From Spirochaetia bacterium (lineage in GTDB: Bacteria > Spirochaetota > Spirochaetia > SZUA-6 > Bin103), in contig OZ241907.1 of NCBI GenBank assembly GCA_965203515.1, positions 2,208,001 through 2,272,000 of the forward strand: a stretch of 64,000 nucleotides of DNA, read 5' to 3'. The position numbers and the translations under genes were made by a program. A model generated the notes under the pieces. It did not search any database and was not told where the DNA came from. It saw only the letters and a program-made list of their open reading frames with translations. Of the stretch, positions 20,404-29,466 are shown in pieces. Positions within the stretch are counted from its first letter, which is position 1; the number at the start of each line of letters is the position of its first letter.

Positions 20404-20593
20404 CCGGCACTGCGGTGAAGGTGTGGGAATACCGGCCGACGCCGGACATATACTCGGAGTCCCTGAGCAGTGCCTACCGGCTGGTATACGCGAAAGGAGC
20501 CTGCCGTCCGCGGGATGTCCGGGCGCGCTTTTCCTGCACGTCTTCCCCGGCCGGCGAAGACGGATTCGACAATCCGGTGGTGCCAGTGGACCT
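20404..20593 (+). repeat. Mosaic of ASST fragments plus a 19-nt piece of the 9134 ATPase gene
   Basis: Similar to 17738-17817 and 18165-18288; 20571-20589 is identical to 10526-10544. Confidence 0.8.
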
Positions 20594-20633
20594 TGCCGCT
20601 TCCGCGCCGAGTCCATCAGACTGACGGTTGCGT

Positions 20634-21914
20634 ATGGACCATGAAGACGGCCGCAACGGCAAGGCGGTCACGCTCGGACTCTCCCCCAGCTTCGGCTTCG
20701 GCGACCGCATCGGCTTGGCGACGCCGGGCCACGTGCAGGCACTGCGCGCGGCCGGCGGGCCGATCCGGCCGATCTTTCCGCAGCAGTCGATCCGCGAGAT
20801 GCAGCGCACCGGGCGCACGCCCGCAGGCGTGATGGCCGACGCGCTGGCCGGCATGGCGCAGGCCGGCTGGGACGGTCCGACCGGGGCGGACGCCGACCAT
20901 CTCAAGACCCCGGACGACGTGGCGGTGACGACCGCGGCGGGATTCCGCTTCTACACGATCGATCCATCGGACGCCGTGGACGAACACGCCGACCGCTACG
21001 ACGATTCGACCCTGCGCGAGCGCTACGCGGCGGTCCGCGACCAGGTCGACTGGGTAGCCGACTACCGCGGGCGCACGATCACGCTGCCGGGCGACCTGAC
21101 GCTGGAGTTCACCGAGGAGGCCTGCCTGCGCTGCGCGGTCAAGTACGGGCCGGCGCTGAACCGCGCGGCGGACCTGGCGCAGGTGATCCGCTCCCGCAAC
21201 GCCGGCCGCGACTACGAGATCGAGCTCTCCGTCGACGAGACCGAGCAGCCGACCACCCTGGTCGAGCACTACGTCATCGCCGACCAGTGCCGGCGCCGCG
21301 GCGTCCCGCTGGTGGCGCTGGCGCCGCGCTACCTCGGCAACTTCGAGAAAGGGGTAGACTACAAGGGCGACGGCCCGACGCTGGAGCGATCGCTGCGCCG
21401 GCACTTCGCCATCGCCCGCCACTTCGGCCCGTACAAGCTGTCGCTGCACTCCGGGTCGGACAAGCTGTCGATGTATCCGGCGCTGGCGCGCGCCACCGAG
21501 GGATGCTTTCACGTGAAGACCGCCGGCACCTCCTATCTCGAAGCGCTGCGCGTGGTGGCGCGCCACGACCAGGCGCTGTTCCGGCGCATCATCGCCTTCG
21601 CCCGCTCCCGCTACGATACCGACCGGGCGACCTATCACGTGTCGGCGACCGTGGAGCGGGTGCCGCCGCCCGAGCGCCTGAGCGGGCCGGAGCTGGAGGC
21701 GGTCTATCTGGAGCGGTGGCAGGACGTGGCCGCCGGCGCGGGATTCCGCGCGCCGGGGCGGCAGATACTGCACTGCACCTTCGGCTCCACCCTGACCCAT
21801 GCCGAACTGGGGCCGGCCGTGCGGGCGACGCTCGAAGCGCACCCCGGCACCTACGCCGAGGTGTTGGCCGAGCACTTCGCCCACCACCTGCGCAGCTTGG
21901 CCGCCGGCCTGTAG
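20634..21914 (+). CDS. uxaE: Tagaturonate/fructuronate epimerase family
   Basis: SFGFGDRIG, QQSIREM, GADADHLK, FEKGVDY, LHSGSDK, HVKTAGTSYLEA. Confidence 0.88.
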   Translation: MDHEDGRNGKAVTLGLSPSFGFGDRIGLATPGHVQALRAAGGPIRPIFPQQSIREMQRTGRTPAGVMADALAGMAQAGWDGPTGADADHLKTPDDVAVTTAAGFRFYTIDPSDAVDEHADRYDDSTLRERYAAVRDQVDWVADYRGRTITLPGDLTLEFTEEACLRCAVKYGPALNRAADLAQVIRSRNAGRDYEIELSVDETEQPTTLVEHYVIADQCRRRGVPLVALAPRYLGNFEKGVDYKGDGPTLERSLRRHFAIARHFGPYKLSLHSGSDKLSMYPALARATEGCFHVKTAGTSYLEALRVVARHDQALFRRIIAFARSRYDTDRATYHVSATVERVPPPERLSGPELEAVYLERWQDVAAGAGFRAPGRQILHCTFGSTLTHAELGPAVRATLEAHPGTYAEVLAEHFAHHLRSLAAGL

Positions 21915-21953
21915 CGGCCGGCGGCTACCGGTATGCCCGGCAAGCCCGGCAGA

Positions 21954-22385
21954 TCATGGAGGTGTCATCACGTCGATGGCGGGCGCGAAGGCTGCGTAGT
22001 GGCGCACGTTCCAGGTAACGATCGTCGATGCCCGTGCCTTCAGCGCGGCTACCGCGATAAGTACGTCATACATCTGCCCGCCGATCACCGTGCGCCGCTC
22101 TGCCTCGTGCAGCGCACCCCACATTTCGGGGCCAGTCAGGTGTACGGTCGGCGTATCACTCCAATTCCTCTCGATCAGAGCGACGGCATCAGCCGCCCGG
22201 AGCCGATGCGGCGCCGGCAGACGCGTGAGGACGGCATAGGTCTCCGCCAACGAGTGGGCGGCGACGACCAACTGCTCGTCATTGCGCTCTCGTAGCTCAA
22301 TCTCGGCGTGGGTTCGGGGGTGAAATTCGTGCCATGAACTTACGGCCGCAATCAGGACGCTCGTGTCGCAGAGATAGCGGGTCAC
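21954..22385 (-). CDS. vapC: PIN-domain (VapC-like) toxin
   Basis: LCDTSVLIA, LAETYAVLTR, YDVLIA, TWNVRHY. Confidence 0.85.
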   Translation of the reverse strand: MTRYLCDTSVLIAAVSSWHEFHPRTHAEIELRERNDEQLVVAAHSLAETYAVLTRLPAPHRLRAADAVALIERNWSDTPTVHLTGPEMWGALHEAERRTVIGGQMYDVLIAVAALKARASTIVTWNVRHYAAFAPAIDVMTPP

Positions 22386-22654
22386 TCCGCAAGTCCGCGC
22401 GCCACCGGCCTGCGGCGAAGCTCGCCGATCGTTTCCTCCACCTCCGTGGTCCGCAGGACGGGCTGTTCCACCGGTGGTACCGCGACCACGAGAGAGCCGC
22501 GGCGCTGCAGCGTGACCGTCAGCGGAACCGGCTCGAGCTCCACACGGCCGTCCCGCAGCCGAAACCGGATCTCCGTGCCGGGTTGTAGCTGCGCTGCTTC
22601 GCGAATCGCCTTGGGCACGACGATACGGCCGGCGCGGTCAATGGTTCTTTTCAT
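22382..22654 (-). CDS. AbrB/MazE-family antitoxin
   Basis: MKRTIDRAGRIVVPKAIREAAQLQPG; 4-nt overlap with the PIN gene. Confidence 0.85.
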   Translation of the reverse strand: MKRTIDRAGRIVVPKAIREAAQLQPGTEIRFRLRDGRVELEPVPLTVTLQRRGSLVVAVPPVEQPVLRTTEVEETIGELRRRPVARGLAE

Positions 22655-23050
22655 GGCAATTTCACTACCACGTCCTCCGCCACTTCGCAAGCCGCATCAA
22701 GATCATCCTGCGCGTGGAGTTGAAGGAACTGGGCGCCCGGCCGTTCGCCTGATCCAGCCGGCGTGTTTTTGCGGGATACTGGAGCGCACTGATGGGTAGA
22801 TGGTGAGGTGGTCCTGGTTGGTTGGACAGGTTGAGGGGCAGAATAAGGTGTACTCGGGTGGTTGCGCTACCCCCTCGGTCGCTTCGCTTGCGAATGCGGC
22901 GGTAAGGCCGGGGTGCCGGGCGACGACCTCGATCCTGGGATGGCGGTCGCCACTCACACCCGCTCGCCTCGTAGACCGGCATCAGCGCGGTCATCCGCCG
23001 CCTGTCTTGAATCAGCGGCCCTCCTGTCTGGTGACTTCGTCGGTCCATCG

Positions 23051-23932
23051 CTACGCCGCCTGCTCGCTGGCCGCCCGCGTGCCGTCGTAGCACTGCGCCG
23101 GCGTGCGCCCGCCGAGCGCCGAGTGCGGCCGCTGCTCGTTGTAGAACGCCATCCACTGCCCGATCACCCGCCGCGCCGCCCTGCCGTCGGCCAACTCGTG
23201 CAGGTAGACCGCCTCGTACTTCAACGACCGCCACAGCCGCTCGATGAACACGTTGTCCATGCATCGGCGGCGGCCATCCATCGAGCACCGGATGCCGGCC
23301 GCCCGCAGCCGCTCGGTGAACGCCCGGCTCGTGAACTGCCTGCCCTGATCGGTGTTGAAGACCTGCGGCCGTCCGTACCGCCGCAGCGCCTCGTCGAGCG
23401 CCGCGAGGCAGAACGCGGTGTCCAGCGTGTTGCTCAGCCGCCACGCCAGCACCCGCCGGCTCGCCCAGTCCATGACTGCCACCAGGTACAGATATCCTTC
23501 CTGCACCGGGATGTAGGTGATGTCGGCGCACCACACGTGGTTCGCCCGCTCGATGCTCAGGCCGCGCAGCAGATACGGGTACACGCAGTGTTCGGGATGC
23601 GCCGTGCTGGTGCGCGGCTTGCGGTAGATCGCCTCCAGGCCGAGCAGATGCATCAGCCGGCGGACCCGGTGGCGGCCGACCGTCACTTCCTCCTGTTCGA
23701 GATGGCGCGCCATCTGGCGGCTGCCGTAGAACGGGTAGCACAGGTACAACTGGTCGATGCGGCGCATCAGCGCCAAGGTCTCGGCGCTGTGGCCCTGCGG
23801 CGCGTAGTACAGCGTCGAGCGACTCATCGCCAGCAGCCGGCACTGCCGGCTGACGCTCAGGTGTTGGTGGGCTCGATCGACCATCGTGCGCCGTTGGTCG
23901 CGGCTCAACGAGCGAGCCCGCGCGCTAAAAAA
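23051..23932 (-). CDS. IS3 transposase OrfB (DDE integrase core), expressed via -1 frameshift
   Basis: WCADITYI, FNTDQGRQF, DNVFIERLWRSLKYE, YNEQRPHSAL. Confidence 0.9.
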   Translation of the reverse strand, partial: FFSARARSLSRDQRRTMVDRAHQHLSVSRQCRLLAMSRSTLYYAPQGHSAETLALMRRIDQLYLCYPFYGSRQMARHLEQEEVTVGRHRVRRLMHLLGLEAIYRKPRTSTAHPEHCVYPYLLRGLSIERANHVWCADITYIPVQEGYLYLVAVMDWASRRVLAWRLSNTLDTAFCLAALDEALRRYGRPQVFNTDQGRQFTSRAFTERLRAAGIRCSMDGRRRCMDNVFIERLWRSLKYEAVYLHELADGRAARRVIGQWMAFYNEQRPHSALGGRTPAQCYDGTRAASEQAA

Positions 23933-24189
23933 TCGCGCTCCACGGTCAACTCGCCGATCTTGGCGTGCAGGTCGTGGATGATCGCTTCGTGATCGTCCTG
24001 CCGGCGCTTGGCGCCGGTGGCGAACAGGTCGTGCAAGCCGTCGACGGCTTGCCGCTTCCAGTCGCTGACTTGGTTGGGATGCACCGCGTGATCGGCGGCG
24101 ATCGCCTGAATCGTGCGGTCGCCGCTGAGCGCTTCGAGCGCCACGCGCGCTTTGAACTCGGCGGTGAATCGCCGCCGTTTCCTGGCCAT
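23905..24189 (-). CDS. IS3 transposase OrfA (HTH)
   Basis: MARKRRRFTAEFKARVALEA...VHPNQVSDWK...IGELTVERDFL; slippery T TTT TTA at 23926-23932. Confidence 0.9.
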   Translation of the reverse strand: MARKRRRFTAEFKARVALEALSGDRTIQAIAADHAVHPNQVSDWKRQAVDGLHDLFATGAKRRQDDHEAIIHDLHAKIGELTVERDFLARGLAR

Positions 24190-24989
24190 CTGGTCGGCCC
24201 TCCTCAAGGCCTGGAGTACACCTTAGCAACCTGTCCAGTTTTCTAGGACCACCTCATGGTTTCTGGTGCGCCACGGGGAGACCGACTGGAACCTCACGGG
24301 CCGCGGGCAGGGACAGTCGGACGTGCCGCTCAACGCCCGGGGACGCGCGCAGGCGCAAGCCACCGCCGCGCGGCTGCGGCCGACGCGCTTCACGACCGCG
24401 TACGCGAGCGACCTGGAGCGCGTCACGCAAACGGCGCAGCCGATCATGCGCGGCCGGGAGCTGCCGCTGATCACCCTGCCCGCGCTGCGGGAGCGGAGCT
24501 ACGGCGCCTGGGAGGGGCTGACTGACGCGGAGATCGCAGCCCGCGACCCGCACCGCTACGCCGCGCGGCTCTCCGGGGGCGACACGTGGGCTCCACCGGG
24601 CGGGGAGAGCATGCGGCACCTGTTCGCGCGGGTAGCGGCCGCGGTCGACCGGCTGCGAGACGCGCACGCCCGGGATGACGGCGACCTGTTGCTGGTCGCG
24701 CACGGCGGCTCGCTGCGCGCGGCGATCGTGCGTCTGCTGAACCTGCCGCCCGCCAGCGTGTGGCGGTTCGCGCTGGACAACTGCGGGCTGTCGGTCGTCA
24801 CCACGTTCGACGACGGCCACACCGCGCTCGAACTGCTGAACGACACCTGCCATCTGCAGGCCGGCGATCCCGCTGCCGGCTGGCAGGCACGCTGGAAGCA
24901 CCTGCCTCCGGTCGACCTGCGCGACATCCGGCGCGATCTTGACGAGAGACTCGATCCAGCCCTGTGAGTGGCGTCAGCAAGACGCCCGA

Positions 24990-25820
24990 TCACCCCAGGA
25001 ACGCCTGGACCGCCAGGTTGCCGGCGGCCAGCACGGCCAACCCCATGGCCGCCGCGCGGAACACCCGCTCCGGCAGGCGCCGGACGATCAACACGCCCGC
25101 CGCCGCTCCGGCCAGCACCACCGGCGCGGCCACGGCGTTCAGCGCCAGCGTCGCGCCGGTCATCGTGCCGATCGCCACGTGAAACGGCACCTTCAAAAGG
25201 TTGAGGATGAAGTAGTACCACGCCCCGGTACCCATGAACTCATGCTTGGGCAACCGCATCGCCAACAGGTAGGCGGTCAGGATCGGGCCGGAAGCGTTGC
25301 TGACCATCGACGTGGCGCCCGCCAGGATCCCCAGCGCGATGGCGATGCCGGTCCGCGCGCCCCGCGGCTCCGATCTCGGAGCGCCCGCGCCGGACGCCGG
25401 GCCGCCGCCGGCTGCCGGGTCCGCCCGTCCCGCGGCGCCCGGTGACCCGCCAGCCGGACGCCACGCCGCCGCCGCGCCGGCCACGACGGTCGCCACCACG
25501 ATCAACGCGATCAGCAGGCGAAGCTGCGCGTCGTCGACCACGCGCAGCAACGCCGTCCCCAGGACGATGCCGCCCAGCGCGGCGGGCACCAGCCGGATCA
25601 GGTAGGATCGGACCACGTGACGCCGGAAGTGCACGATCGCCACCAGGTCGGCGGCGATCAACAGCGGCAGCACGATCGCTACCGAGGCGCGCACCGGGAA
25701 CGCCGCCGCCATCATCGGCGCCACCACCGGCCCCAGTCCCGGCAGGCCGGTCTTGGTGACCCCCACCAGCGCGGCGCTGCCCAGCAGCGTCCCCCACTGC
25801 AGCGCCGTCAAGGGAAACAA
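24990..25820 (-). CDS. Sulfite exporter TauE/SafE family membrane protein
   Basis: VGVTKTGLPGLG, LPLLIAAD, ASGPILTAYLL, FMGTGAWYYFILNLLKVPF. Confidence 0.8.
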   Translation of the reverse strand: MFPLTALQWGTLLGSAALVGVTKTGLPGLGPVVAPMMAAAFPVRASVAIVLPLLIAADLVAIVHFRRHVVRSYLIRLVPAALGGIVLGTALLRVVDDAQLRLLIALIVVATVVAGAAAAWRPAGGSPGAAGRADPAAGGGPASGAGAPRSEPRGARTGIAIALGILAGATSMVSNASGPILTAYLLAMRLPKHEFMGTGAWYYFILNLLKVPFHVAIGTMTGATLALNAVAAPVVLAGAAAGVLIVRRLPERVFRAAAMGLAVLAAGNLAVQAFLG

Positions 25821-25892
25821 CCGGCGCTCCCGTCAGGCGGAACCCGCGGCCTGCGCGGCCGCGGGCAACCGGGGTAGGATCGGCGCACCGCC

Positions 25893-26942
25893 ATGTTGTT
25901 TCTGCTCGGCGACACCCTGCAGCAGCTGTACGGGCCGTTTCGCCTGCTGAGCTCGCATTTCGTCGTGGCCAGCGCCGCGCTGGTCGTCTCGTCGCTGGCC
26001 ACCTGGGTCGTCTTGCCCCGGTGGATCGGGTTCCTGCCCCGCGACCGCGGCCGCGAGCACGCGGTCGACAAGGAGGCGGCGGTCGGCAAGCCGACCGGCG
26101 CCGGGATGGTGTTCGGCATCGTGTTCGCCGTCGTCGGCATCCTCACCGCTCCGCTCGAGCTGCCGTACCTCGGGGTGGTGCTGTGCGTGACGCTGGCGAT
26201 GATCGCCGGCTTCCTGGACGACCGCAGCGCCGGCGGATGGCACGAGTACCGCAAGGGGCTGGTCGACCTGGCGATCTCGCTGGCGGCCGCGTTGCTGGTG
26301 TGCAACACGGAGCCGGCGCAGATCTGGCTGCCGTTCACCACCGCCGTCGTGACGGTGCCGCCGATCTTCTGCATCGCCGGCGGCACCATCCTGATCTGGG
26401 GAGCGATCAACGCCACCAACTGCACGGACGGCGTGGACGGCCTGTCGGGCATGTTGGCGATCCAGGCGCTCCTGAGCCTGGGCGGGCTGCTCTACTTCGT
26501 GCTCGGCCACGATCAGATCTCCGCCTACCTGCGCCTGCCGCACTACGCCGACGGCGCCAAGTGGGCGATGCTGTCGTTCGCGATGGTCGGCTGCCTGACC
26601 GGCTACCTGTGGTACAACGCCCATCCCAGCCAGCTCCTGATGGGCGATGCCGGCTCGCGGGCGGTCGGGCTGCTGCTCGGCGTCCTGGTCATCAACTCGG
26701 GCAATCCGTTCCTGATCTTCATCGTCTCCGGCGTGCTGCTGGTCAACGGCGGCACCGGGCTGATCAAGGTCGCGCTGCTGCGGTTCCTGCGCATCGCCAT
26801 CTTCGCCAAGCTGCGGTTCCCGCTGCATGACCACATGCGCAACAACCTGGGCTGGTCGAGCACCCAGGTCGTGGTGCGCTTCGCGCTGGTGCAGATCATG
26901 TTCACGCTGGTCTCACTCGTGATCCTGATCAAGGTGCGCTGA
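25893..26942 (+). CDS. mraY: Phospho-N-acetylmuramoyl-pentapeptide transferase
   Basis: KPTGAG, GFLDD, NATNCTDGVDGL, LWYNAHPSQLLMGDAGS, PLHDH. Confidence 0.88.
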   Translation: MLFLLGDTLQQLYGPFRLLSSHFVVASAALVVSSLATWVVLPRWIGFLPRDRGREHAVDKEAAVGKPTGAGMVFGIVFAVVGILTAPLELPYLGVVLCVTLAMIAGFLDDRSAGGWHEYRKGLVDLAISLAAALLVCNTEPAQIWLPFTTAVVTVPPIFCIAGGTILIWGAINATNCTDGVDGLSGMLAIQALLSLGGLLYFVLGHDQISAYLRLPHYADGAKWAMLSFAMVGCLTGYLWYNAHPSQLLMGDAGSRAVGLLLGVLVINSGNPFLIFIVSGVLLVNGGTGLIKVALLRFLRIAIFAKLRFPLHDHMRNNLGWSSTQVVVRFALVQIMFTLVSLVILIKVR

Positions 26943-27776
26943 CGGCGGCGCACTCCGGTCCTCCAGGGGGCGGCCGCAATGCGGGCAGACGCGGTCGGCC
27001 GGAGGCGGCTCACGGCGGGCGTTCCGCCGCTTGGCCAGCTCCTCGATGAAGCCGGAACTGACGATGCCGGTCGGCACCGCCACCAGGCCGATCCCCATCA
27101 CCGCCACCAGCCCGCTCAGCAGCCGGCCCCAGCCGGTGACCGGCACCACGTCGCCGTAGCCGATCGTCGTGAGGGTCACCACCGCCCACCACAGCGACGA
27201 AAGGATGTTCGGGAACTTGTCCGACTGCGCGTCCCCTTCGAGGTAGTACATGAGGACCGATGCGACCAGCAGCAACAGGGTGGTCATCATCACCGTGATC
27301 ACCAACTCGTCCCGCCGCTCGCGCAGCACCTTGCCGAACAGCGACACCGTACGCATGTACCGGCTGAGCTTCAGCAGCCGCAGGAAGCGGGCGATGCGCA
27401 GCACCCGCACGATGCGCAGGTCGATCCCGAGCAACGGCAGGTAGAACGGGACGATCGCGATCAGATCGATCAACCCGGCCGGCGACACCGCGAAGCGCAG
27501 CGCGCCGACCACGCCCCCCTGCGCCGGGCGGCGATAGCGGGCGGTCCACAGCCGCAGAAGGTACTCGACCGTGAACAGGGCCACCGAGGCGACTTCCAGC
27601 CCGTGCAGCGCGCGCCTCAGCCCCGGCGTGACCCACGGCAACGTCTCGACGACGATGGCCAGCGCGTTGACGACGATCACGCTGATGATGGCGATGTCCA
27701 CGGCGGAGCTCAGCGGGTCGTCGTCACGCGCGCGCTCCAGCACCTCGTACAGGCGCCGGCGCAGGGTCGCCACCAT
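26913..27776 (-). CDS. Voltage-gated-type potassium channel (6TM)
   Basis: S4 RIVRVLRIARFLRLLK, filter TTIGYGD, C-terminal CPHCG. Confidence 0.9.
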   Translation of the reverse strand: MVATLRRRLYEVLERARDDDPLSSAVDIAIISVIVVNALAIVVETLPWVTPGLRRALHGLEVASVALFTVEYLLRLWTARYRRPAQGGVVGALRFAVSPAGLIDLIAIVPFYLPLLGIDLRIVRVLRIARFLRLLKLSRYMRTVSLFGKVLRERRDELVITVMMTTLLLLVASVLMYYLEGDAQSDKFPNILSSLWWAVVTLTTIGYGDVVPVTGWGRLLSGLVAVMGIGLVAVPTGIVSSGFIEELAKRRNARREPPPADRVCPHCGRPLEDRSAPPSAHLDQDHE

Positions 27777-27826
27777 CGTGCGGTTGACTGTAAGTGCTTA
27801 CATGTTTAGCGTAAACACACACCGTT

Positions 27827-28732
27827 ATGCAGACGCTTCTGGCTACGCTCACGCTCGTCCTGGAACGGGTCCCGCACTTTGCAGTCGGCATGCTGCTGGT
27901 GTTCCTGGGCAAGCTCTTCTACAACCTGACGACGCGCTACCACATCGACCACGAGATCGCGGACAACGGCAACGACGCGGTCGGCATCAGCTTCGGCGCC
28001 TACCTGCTGGGACTGGGGTTCGTGATCGCCGGCGCCGCGCGCGGGTCGGGCACGGGACTGCTCACGGATCTGGCCAACCTGGCGGTCGTGGGCGTCATCG
28101 CCATCCTCCTGCTGCGCCTGAGCGGCGTCATCAACGATTGGCTGGTGCTCCACTCGTTCTCCACCGCGCACGAGATGGTGCAGGAGCGCAGCGCGGGGAC
28201 CGGTTTCGTGGTCGGCGGCATGACCATAGCGACCGGCTTGATGATCTCCGGCGTGATGGACGGGCAGAGCGCCGGCTTCCTGTCGCTGCTGCGCGACATC
28301 GCCATCTACTGGCTCGTGGGCCAGGCGCTGCTGGTGCTGGACGGCTTGGTGTTCCAGGCGATCACCAGCTACGACGTGCACGGCGTGATCGAAGATGACA
28401 AGAACGTCGCGGCCGGCGTCAGCTTCGCCGGCTTCCTGGTGGCGCAGGGCGTGATCGTGCGCACGGCGGTGGCCGGCGCCGGCAGCGATCTGGGGACGGA
28501 GGTGCTGATCACGGCGGTGATCGGCGTCTGCGGCCTGATCCTGCTGGTGTTCGGTCGCGTGATCGCCGACCGGGTGTTTCTGCCGCGCGCCGCCCTGTCC
28601 GATGAGGTCAGGTCCAAGCGCAACACCGCCGCCGCCGCGATCGCCGCGGCCAGCTTCATCGTCGTGGCGCTCATCTACGCGGGCGCGGTTGACCCCAACG
28701 TGGCCCCGGCGGCGCCGGCCGTCGCCCCGTGA
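27827..28732 (+). CDS. Tandem DUF350 (YjfL-like) membrane protein
   Basis: Repeated 'TxYx(I/V)xxxI...N.A.G(I/V)SF' units; about 8 TM helices. Confidence 0.75.
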   Translation: MQTLLATLTLVLERVPHFAVGMLLVFLGKLFYNLTTRYHIDHEIADNGNDAVGISFGAYLLGLGFVIAGAARGSGTGLLTDLANLAVVGVIAILLLRLSGVINDWLVLHSFSTAHEMVQERSAGTGFVVGGMTIATGLMISGVMDGQSAGFLSLLRDIAIYWLVGQALLVLDGLVFQAITSYDVHGVIEDDKNVAAGVSFAGFLVAQGVIVRTAVAGAGSDLGTEVLITAVIGVCGLILLVFGRVIADRVFLPRAALSDEVRSKRNTAAAAIAAASFIVVALIYAGAVDPNVAPAAPAVAP

Positions 28733-29415
28733 TCCGGCCTCGCCCGGCTGCCGGCAAGGCGGCCTGCGTCATAGCGATCGCCAGCATCCTGCTGCTGACC
28801 GCCGACGATGCGCTGGCGCGGCGCATGGGCGGCTTCTCCGGCGGGCGTTCGTTTTCCAGCTTCGGCTCCTCCCGATCGTTCTCCTCCCGCTCCACCCGCT
28901 CCGTGTTCGGCTCCGGCAGCCGCACGACCACCACACGCAGCACGCTGTCCGGCACGCGCGGGGTCTCCTCGCGAGCCAACACCGGCGGCGTCAGCCGCGC
29001 CCAGTACGAACGCTCCCGCACCGCCGGCACCACGTTCCGGAACCGCTCGCAGGCAGAGACGGCGTTCCGGCAGCGCAACACCGGTCAGTTTCCGTCGCGC
29101 TACGCCAGGGAGCCGGCGGCGCGGCCGACGCACATCCCGCAGACCACGCGGGTCGACGGCCGCAACGTCAACGTCAACTACAACGCCGGCCTGGGCGGCT
29201 ACGGCTACCTGCACCCGACCCTGGGCACCTGGATCCTGTACGACGCGATGACCGACGCCGCCATGATGAGCATCCTGATGAGCCGCGGCGGCTACTACTA
29301 CGGCCCCGCGCCGGGCGCCTACGGAGGCGGCGGTCTGCTCACGGGACTGCTCGTGATCGCGCTGATCGCCGGCGCCGCCTGGTGGCTGCTGCGGTCGGTC
29401 GGCCGCCGGTACTGA
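28729..29415 (+). CDS. Exported Gly/Ser/Arg-rich protein with C-terminal TM anchor
   Basis: Signal ending ALA-RRMGGFSGGRSFSS; low-complexity middle; TM at C-terminus; GTGA overlap with the DUF350 gene. Confidence 0.7.
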   Translation: MIRPRPAAGKAACVIAIASILLLTADDALARRMGGFSGGRSFSSFGSSRSFSSRSTRSVFGSGSRTTTTRSTLSGTRGVSSRANTGGVSRAQYERSRTAGTTFRNRSQAETAFRQRNTGQFPSRYAREPAARPTHIPQTTRVDGRNVNVNYNAGLGGYGYLHPTLGTWILYDAMTDAAMMSILMSRGGYYYGPAPGAYGGGGLLTGLLVIALIAGAAWWLLRSVGRRY

Positions 29416-29466
29416 CGCGCCCCGGATGCGCCCCCGGACGCGTCTCCGCATGCGAGGGTCCGGCCG

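Larger units (their letters stand above)
22804..24256 (-). mobile_element. Intact IS3-family insertion sequence (1453 bp) with 3-bp target duplication TGG
   Basis: Imperfect terminal IRs TGAGGTGGTCCT......TGGACAGGTTG at both ends; TGG at 22801-22803 and 24257-24259. Confidence 0.92.
22792..24967 (+). pseudogene. Histidine phosphatase (phosphoglycerate-mutase family) interrupted by IS3 after codon 4
   Basis: GGAG + ATG GGT AGA TGG (22792-22803) joins TTT CTG GTG CGC CAC GGG GAG (24260 on) to give MGRWFLVRHGETDWN; later SDLERV, GGES, VAHGG. Confidence 0.85.

Noticed and set aside
22680..22752. Short frame ending ...RIKIILRVELKELGARPFA* upstream of the phosphatase, with a 13-nt match to 63320-63332
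   Set aside because: Could be a gene 3' remnant, but it is too short to assign and the match may be chance.
22804..23050. Passenger gene or ncRNA in the IS3 3' region
   Set aside because: Only short GC-rich frames; no convincing structure can be shown without folding or covariation analysis.
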